Positions 58,852 to 64,000 of a stretch of DNA of 64,000 nt are shown here, piece by piece (position 1 is the first letter of the stretch; the number at the start of each line of letters is the position of its first letter). The position numbers and the translations under genes are program-made. Under the pieces are notes generated by a model, which was not told the DNA's origin, searched no databases, and was given only the letters and a program-made list of their open reading frames with translations. Where the stretch lies: NCBI GenBank assembly GCA_963751275.1, contig CAVVTZ010000010.1, positions 1 to 64,000 on the forward strand. Reading direction: 5' to 3'. Source of the DNA: an uncultured Gemmatimonadaceae bacterium (GTDB lineage: Bacteria; Gemmatimonadota; Gemmatimonadetes; Gemmatimonadales; Gemmatimonadaceae).

Positions 58852-59852
58852 AGGCGGATCTCGGTCCCTTCGCTCGCGGAGCGGTAGATCGCCTCCACGA
58901 GGCGAATGACGGTCACCTGGTCGGCCGGCGCTTCGTAGGGCTGCTCCTCGCGGAGCACCGCCACGAAGTGCGCGAGCTCCGCGCGGTAGCTCTGGAGGAA
59001 CGGCGTCTCGCGCGCCGCGGCGCCGCGCGGCGTCACGTCCACCGCGTTGCCGTTCAGCTCCTTCGCCACGTTCAGCGGCGCGAGCCGCGCCGATCCGCGC
59101 GACGCGAGCACGTCGAACCAGAAGCGGTCTTCCGCGCCCACGTACTCCCAGCAGACATCGATCGCGACCGTGAGCCCGCCCGTGCACTCGACCACCGCGA
59201 ACACCGAATCCTCCACTTCCTTCGCGCCGCGGCCGCGGTGCAGATGCGCGGTCACGCGCCGCGGCGCGGGGAAATCGGCGAGCCAGAGCGCGAGATCGAG
59301 GAGCGGCACACCGTGCTCGAGCATGACGCCGCCCCCCGACTCCGCGCGGCGGAACCGCCAGCCGTCGGGGGTGCGCCGGGGCTCGAAATGACCCGCGCGG
59401 ATCGCGCCGAGCGCACCCAGTTCCCCGCTCCGGAGGAACGCGCTGGCGGCCTGCACGTCGGTGCGGAAGCGGTGGTTGTTCCCGACCGCGACCTTGCGGT
59501 CCGCGCGCGCCGCCGCGGCGAGGATCCGCTCCACGCCGCGCGCCGTGAGCGCCAGCGGGCGCTCGCACAGCACGTGCATCTTCCGCGCGAGCGCGCTCAG
59601 CACGTGCGGCTCGTGCAGATGGTTGGGCGTCATGATGATCACCGCATCCAGCTCGGCGCCCTCGAGCATGTCCTCGATGTCCGTGAACACGTAGCGTGCG
59701 CCGAACCGGTCGGCGAGCTGACGGGCCTTCACGCCGTCGGCGTCGCAGATCGCCACGAGCTCCGTTCCCTTGAGTTTCTCGATCGATGGCAGGTGCGCGA
59801 TCTGCGCGATCGCGCCCGCGCCGACGATGCCGATGCGCACGGTGGAGGTCAT
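58848..59852 (-). CDS. Gfo/Idh/MocA family oxidoreductase
   Basis: IGIVGAGAIA, TPNHLH, HVLCERP, GGGVMLEHGV. Confidence 0.9.
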   Translation of the reverse strand: MTSTVRIGIVGAGAIAQIAHLPSIEKLKGTELVAICDADGVKARQLADRFGARYVFTDIEDMLEGAELDAVIIMTPNHLHEPHVLSALARKMHVLCERPLALTARGVERILAAAARADRKVAVGNNHRFRTDVQAASAFLRSGELGALGAIRAGHFEPRRTPDGWRFRRAESGGGVMLEHGVPLLDLALWLADFPAPRRVTAHLHRGRGAKEVEDSVFAVVECTGGLTVAIDVCWEYVGAEDRFWFDVLASRGSARLAPLNVAKELNGNAVDVTPRGAAARETPFLQSYRAELAHFVAVLREEQPYEAPADQVTVIRLVEAIYRSASEGTEIRL

Positions 59853-59904
59853 CGATGCCGGGTGGAGAGGTGCGGTGGAAAGTATGACCCGTGGCGCATG
59901 ACGG

Positions 59905-61278
59905 CTACTCCGGCAGCGCCGTCACGACGGTGCCCGGGTAGTACGTCGCGAGGATCGTGCGCGCGTCCTGCCCGGCCCGCGCGCGTCCGATCGCGCCCCA
60001 CTGGCACATGCCCACGCCGTGCCCGTTCCCCGATCCGGTGACGGTGAGCAGCGTCACGCGCCCGTCGCCGTCGCGCTCCATGTCCAGCGAGAACATCGCG
60101 CTCGGCAGGATCTCGCTTCCCGGCGCGCGGAGCACGAAACGGATCTCGTTGCTGCGCAGCGAGTATTCGCCGCGGTCCGTCACGAGCACGAGCGTCCCCA
60201 CGCGGCCGCTGGGCGTGCGGTGGTCGATGCGCATGTCCGTCACCGCGCCGATCGCGCCATTCACCGGCGCATACGCGCGCAGGTTCTTCTCGAGCGCGGC
60301 CGACAACTGCTTTCGCGTGAAGGTGCGTGTCCAGCGGAAGTGCGGCGCGATGTCGCAGTAGAACCGGTCGCCGCTCCCCTTGATCCGGTCGCTCACCGAC
60401 TGCAGGTAGGCCGCCGTCCCCTGGTGCCAGACTTCGTCGGCGTCGGCGGTGCGGCCGCCGCAGTTCGCCGAGTACGGCGCCGCGATCACGCGGCCCTGCC
60501 AGGTGATCACGAGTGAGCGCGTGGACGCGATCGCGGCATCGCTGAGCGGCGTCTCCGCCTCGACGCCGCCGTACACCTGGTCGCTCACGGTGGAGAGCAG
60601 ATCGTACGAGCGCGCCGCGTCGGTGCGCAGATGCGCGAGCGCGTAGCTGCGCGCGGCGATCGCCTGCGCCTCCACGGCGGCCCGTTCCTCGGGGCGGCGG
60701 CGCCCGATCTCGAGCGGCACCACGCCGCGCAGGTAATCCTCGAGCGAGAGCCGGTTCACCACGACGAGGCCGTCCTTGCCGATGCGCACGGCGATCTCGC
60801 CGCGGTAGGAGCGGCCGTTCACGGTCACGAGCGCACCGGCGCGCGCGGGGCGCGCGACGAAGGGCGCATCGCGGCGCGAGGTCCGGTCGTTGGCCGTGCG
60901 CACGGCGCGCAGCTTGCCGTGGTCCGCCTCGATGGTCCAATCGTCGCCGGCGTCGCCCTTCACGACGAGGCTCGCGCCATCGCTGTCATAGAGGCGCCAC
61001 GGTCCGGTGCCCGAGATCGTGACGCGCGGCGTGGACGTGTGCAGCGCGACACGCACGGCGCGCCCGCTCGCGAAGTCCGCGAGCTTCGGCGCTTCGACGT
61101 TGTCGCCGGGCGGGAGCGGCTGCTCCGCCGCGTTGTCCGTGGGGAGCGGCGGCTCCGCGGGAATGCCGGACGGTGGCGCACCCGGCTCGCGCTCCGGCGG
61201 CGCCTTGCCGCCGCACGCCGCGAGCAGCGTGAGCGCCGCGAGCGCGGCCGCAATGGCGGCGTCGCGCGCGGGGCGCAT
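59905..61278 (-). CDS. SpoIID/LytB domain lipoprotein (lytic transglycosylase-like)
   Basis: LAAC lipobox; LEDYLRGVVPLE, AQAIAARSYA, DQVYGG, GNGHGVGMCQWGA, ILATYYPG. Confidence 0.9.
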   Translation of the reverse strand: MRPARDAAIAAALAALTLLAACGGKAPPEREPGAPPSGIPAEPPLPTDNAAEQPLPPGDNVEAPKLADFASGRAVRVALHTSTPRVTISGTGPWRLYDSDGASLVVKGDAGDDWTIEADHGKLRAVRTANDRTSRRDAPFVARPARAGALVTVNGRSYRGEIAVRIGKDGLVVVNRLSLEDYLRGVVPLEIGRRRPEERAAVEAQAIAARSYALAHLRTDAARSYDLLSTVSDQVYGGVEAETPLSDAAIASTRSLVITWQGRVIAAPYSANCGGRTADADEVWHQGTAAYLQSVSDRIKGSGDRFYCDIAPHFRWTRTFTRKQLSAALEKNLRAYAPVNGAIGAVTDMRIDHRTPSGRVGTLVLVTDRGEYSLRSNEIRFVLRAPGSEILPSAMFSLDMERDGDGRVTLLTVTGSGNGHGVGMCQWGAIGRARAGQDARTILATYYPGTVVTALPE

Positions 61279-62645
61279 CAGCGGCCGAAGCTCCCCTGCA
61301 CCACGCCGCCGAGCATCGGCAGCGCGCGTCCCGCGCGCGCCGGCGCCGGGGGCGGCGACACGACCCGCTCGAGCGTCGCGGCGAAGTCGTAGTCGTCCAC
61401 CACGTCGTCGATGCGCACGTCCACGATCGCGCCAGCGGGCGCGTCGCCCGCCACGCGCGTGATGCCATCGATGTCATCCGCCTGCCAGAGCGTCCGGGCC
61501 TCGCCCGGACGGTCCATGATGGCGCGCATCGTGGAGCCGATCATCCCCTCGTACCGCTCGGCGGTGATCGCGCGCTGCAGCGATGTGATGCGTTCGAGCC
61601 GCTCGCGCTTCTCCACCATGGGCACGTCGTCGTCGAGCTCCGCGGCGCGCGTGCCCTCCTGCTCCGAATAGGTGAAGGCGCCCACGCGCTCGAACCTCGC
61701 CTCCTCGAGCAGATCCGCGAGCTGCGCGACATTGTCCGGCGTCTCGCCCGGGAATCCGAGGATGCACGTGGTGCGGATCGCGACGCCGGGCACGGCATCG
61801 CGCACGCGCCGCACCGTCTCGCGGATCGTGCGCGCGCGCTCGGGGCGCCGCATGCGCGCGAGCACGGCGTCGGATCCGTGCTGGATCGGCATGTCGAGGT
61901 ACGGCACGATGCGCGGCTCGCGCGCCATGAGCTCGAGCATCCGCGGCGTGAGGCCCGCCGAATAGATGTAGAGGAGACGGAACCAGGGGATCGACGTCTC
62001 GGCGAGCAGCGCCTCGAGCAGATCGGGGAGCTGCACGCCGTCGCGCACGTCGCGGCCGTAGTGCGCGAGGTCCTGCGCCACGAGATTCACCTCGCGCGCG
62101 CCCTGCAGCTCGAGCATCTGCGCCTCGCGGATCACGTCGGCGCGCGTGAACGAGCGGTGCTTGCCCCGCATGAGCGGGATCGCGCAGAAGGCGCAGCCGT
62201 GGTCGCAGCCCTCGCTCACCTTGAGGTAGCGCACGTGCGGCAGGTCGCCGGCGTAGAGGCGCACGCCCGGATGCGCCGTGTAGCCGCCCTCGATCGCGCC
62301 GCGCGCCGTGAGTTCCTGCGCGAGCGTGTCCATCTCCGACGTGCCGAGGAAGAAATCCACCTCGGGCAGCGCCTCGGCGAGCTCGCCTTTGTGCCGCTCC
62401 ACCATGCAGCCGACCGCCGCGAGGATCCGGCAATTCCCCGAAGACTTGAGCCGGCCCGCTTCCACGATGGCATCGATCGACTCCCGCTTCGCGGCGTCGA
62501 TGAAGCCGCACGTGTTCACGACGATCAGTTCCGCATCGCCCGGCGAACGCACCGGCTCGAGCCCGAAGCCCGCCAGTTCGGCGAGCACGCGCTCGGAGTC
62601 CACCGTGTTCTTGTCGCAGCCCAGCGTGATGACACTGACCTTCAT
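61278..62645 (-). CDS. rimO: Ribosomal protein S12 methylthiotransferase
   Basis: LGCDKNTVDSE, NTCGFI..AKRES, SEGCDHGCAFCAIP (CxxxCxxC), YLDMPIQH, DIDG. Confidence 0.93.
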   Translation of the reverse strand: MKVSVITLGCDKNTVDSERVLAELAGFGLEPVRSPGDAELIVVNTCGFIDAAKRESIDAIVEAGRLKSSGNCRILAAVGCMVERHKGELAEALPEVDFFLGTSEMDTLAQELTARGAIEGGYTAHPGVRLYAGDLPHVRYLKVSEGCDHGCAFCAIPLMRGKHRSFTRADVIREAQMLELQGAREVNLVAQDLAHYGRDVRDGVQLPDLLEALLAETSIPWFRLLYIYSAGLTPRMLELMAREPRIVPYLDMPIQHGSDAVLARMRRPERARTIRETVRRVRDAVPGVAIRTTCILGFPGETPDNVAQLADLLEEARFERVGAFTYSEQEGTRAAELDDDVPMVEKRERLERITSLQRAITAERYEGMIGSTMRAIMDRPGEARTLWQADDIDGITRVAGDAPAGAIVDVRIDDVVDDYDFAATLERVVSPPPAPARAGRALPMLGGVVQGSFGR

Positions 62646-62651
62646 GGGAGC

Positions 62652-62680
62652 AAGCTAGCGGCGGCGCGGGGCCCGCTCAA
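62652..62680 (-). promoter_or_regulatory. Putative leaderless promoter of rimO
   Basis: Minus strand TTGAGC-N17-TAGCTT followed by 6 nt and the ATG. Confidence 0.55.
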
Positions 62681-62742
62681 CCGCGCGGTGACCTCCGGTC
62701 GAGAGTGGAGTCCTTCACAGACACCCGCGCCGCCCTCCCCGC

Positions 62743-63840
62743 ATGACCTTCCTCTTCGCATCCGCCATCGACCCGAGCTGTCCGACGCTCGCCGGCGGAG
62801 CGCGCCTCGATCAATTGGACCGCACGGGGCACTACGCGCGATGGGAAGAGGACCTCGAGCGCGCGCGCATGCTCGGCCTCGATGCGCTCTGGTACGGCGC
62901 GCCGTACTACCGGGCGCACCTCGCGCCCGACCACCATGATTGGGAATGCGTCGAGGAGCCCCTGTTCCGCCTGCGCGATCTCGGCGTGGAAGTGATCGCC
63001 GATCTGTGCCGCTTCGGCGTGCCTTCGTGGCTCGGTGGGTTCCAGGATCCGGCATTTCCTGTGCTCTTCGCCGAATACGCGCGCGCCTTCGCGCGCCGCT
63101 TCCCCTGGGTGCGCTGCTTCACGCCGGTGAGCGACATCCTGCAGTGCGCGTCGGCGTCGGCGCTGCACGGGGAGTGGAACGAGTGTGAGCGGAGTGATTC
63201 GGCGTTCGTGCGGGCGATCCGCAATCTCTGCATGGCGCACGAGCTCGCGGTGGAAGCGCTGCTCAACGAGCGGCCGGGCGCGCTGATCGTGCACCGCGAG
63301 GGCATCGCGCCCGCGCCGCCGGAGAGCGCCGAGGCCGCGCAGGGCGGCCGGTGGGACGCGTTGTGCCATCTCGCGCTCGATCTCACCCTGGGCCACGAGC
63401 TGTCGCCGGGCGCGGGGGCGTACCTGCAGCGGCACGGCGTGCCATCGAACGAATTGAGCTTCTTCCGCGAGGCGCGCGCCGCCGACCGGCGGTGGCTGGC
63501 TGTGAGCGCACCCGCGGCGGCGCACGCGCGGCACCGGTGCCCGCTCTTCCCGATCGCGGGCGCGGGCGACGGTGGCCGTGCGATGCCCGCCCTGCGCGCC
63601 GCGTGGGATGCCTCGCTCGCGCTGCACGCGGGCGGCGCGCCGGTGCGCGGCTTCGCGTGGACGGCGCTCACCGACACCGTGGGCTGGGAGCATGGCGCGA
63701 GCGTGGCGGGGAACGCGGTGCGCGCCGACGGCCTGTGCACCCACGCGCGCCACGTGAGCGCGCTGGGCGAGCAATTCGCGGCCATGATGTTCGCGCGCCC
63801 GGACTCGGGCGCCGCGCCGGCGCTACGCGCTCAGCGGTAG
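62743..63840 (+). CDS. Family 1 glycoside hydrolase-like protein, apparently degenerate
   Basis: [57 protein letters not shown]; catalytic motifs altered. Confidence 0.7.
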   Translation: MTFLFASAIDPSCPTLAGGARLDQLDRTGHYARWEEDLERARMLGLDALWYGAPYYRAHLAPDHHDWECVEEPLFRLRDLGVEVIADLCRFGVPSWLGGFQDPAFPVLFAEYARAFARRFPWVRCFTPVSDILQCASASALHGEWNECERSDSAFVRAIRNLCMAHELAVEALLNERPGALIVHREGIAPAPPESAEAAQGGRWDALCHLALDLTLGHELSPGAGAYLQRHGVPSNELSFFREARAADRRWLAVSAPAAAHARHRCPLFPIAGAGDGGRAMPALRAAWDASLALHAGGAPVRGFAWTALTDTVGWEHGASVAGNAVRADGLCTHARHVSALGEQFAAMMFARPDSGAAPALRAQR

Positions 63841-64000
63841 TTCCCGAACTTCAGCTCCACGCCGAAGTCCTTGCCGCGCAGCAGCGCGATGACCTCCTGC
63901 AGCTCGTCGCGCGATGGCGACGTGATGCGCACCTGCTCGCCCTGGATCGAGGCCTGCACCTTCTTCATCTTGGCCTCCTTGATCGCGGCGACCACCTTCT
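63831..64000 (-). CDS. yajQ: YajQ family nucleotide-binding protein, 3' part only
   Basis: Manual translation: [43 protein letters not shown]. Confidence 0.9.
   Translation of the reverse strand, partial: KVVAAIKEAKMKKVQASIQGEQVRITSPSRDELQEVIALLRGKDFGVELKFGNYR

Noticed and set aside
59905..61278. Evidence for sporulation from SpoIID and YlbF
   Set aside because: SpoIID/LytB domains are widespread peptidoglycan hydrolases, and the window encodes diderm functions (LolA, Lnt, Omp85-like).

Overview
A 64-kb, very GC-rich bacterial chromosomal segment of mostly core genes. Gene content and order suggest Gemmatimonadota, which is an inference and not a database result. It carries translation genes (tRNA-Gln, prs-rplY-pth-ychF, rpsF-rpsR-rplI-rsfS, rpmE-prfA-prmC, rimO, rsmI), plus smc, ispE, pdxJ, aroF, tmk, lolA and lnt. 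It also has envelope genes (peptidase/PD40/Omp85 protein, two SPOR proteins, SpoIID, S41 protease), a hydantoinase/oxoprolinase pair, an arylsulfatase and a CsgG-like/OMP/CRP/MBL/HD-GYP cyclic-nucleotide cluster. About a dozen genes, several of them essential, carry single-base frameshifts best explained as long-read assembly errors. The most unusual signal is non-coding: five long imperfect palindromes in intergenic gaps (15.3-16.0, 22.0, 25.6-25.8, 40.7-40.9 and 46.6-47.0 kb), three with 7/21-nt internal periodicity. One has 79-bp arms enclosing an antisense four-helix-bundle (IVP/Avd-like) gene between trxA and rsmI, suggesting an IVS-like or mobile cassette with cargo-less relatives. No CRISPR array, transposase, integrase or rRNA was seen.
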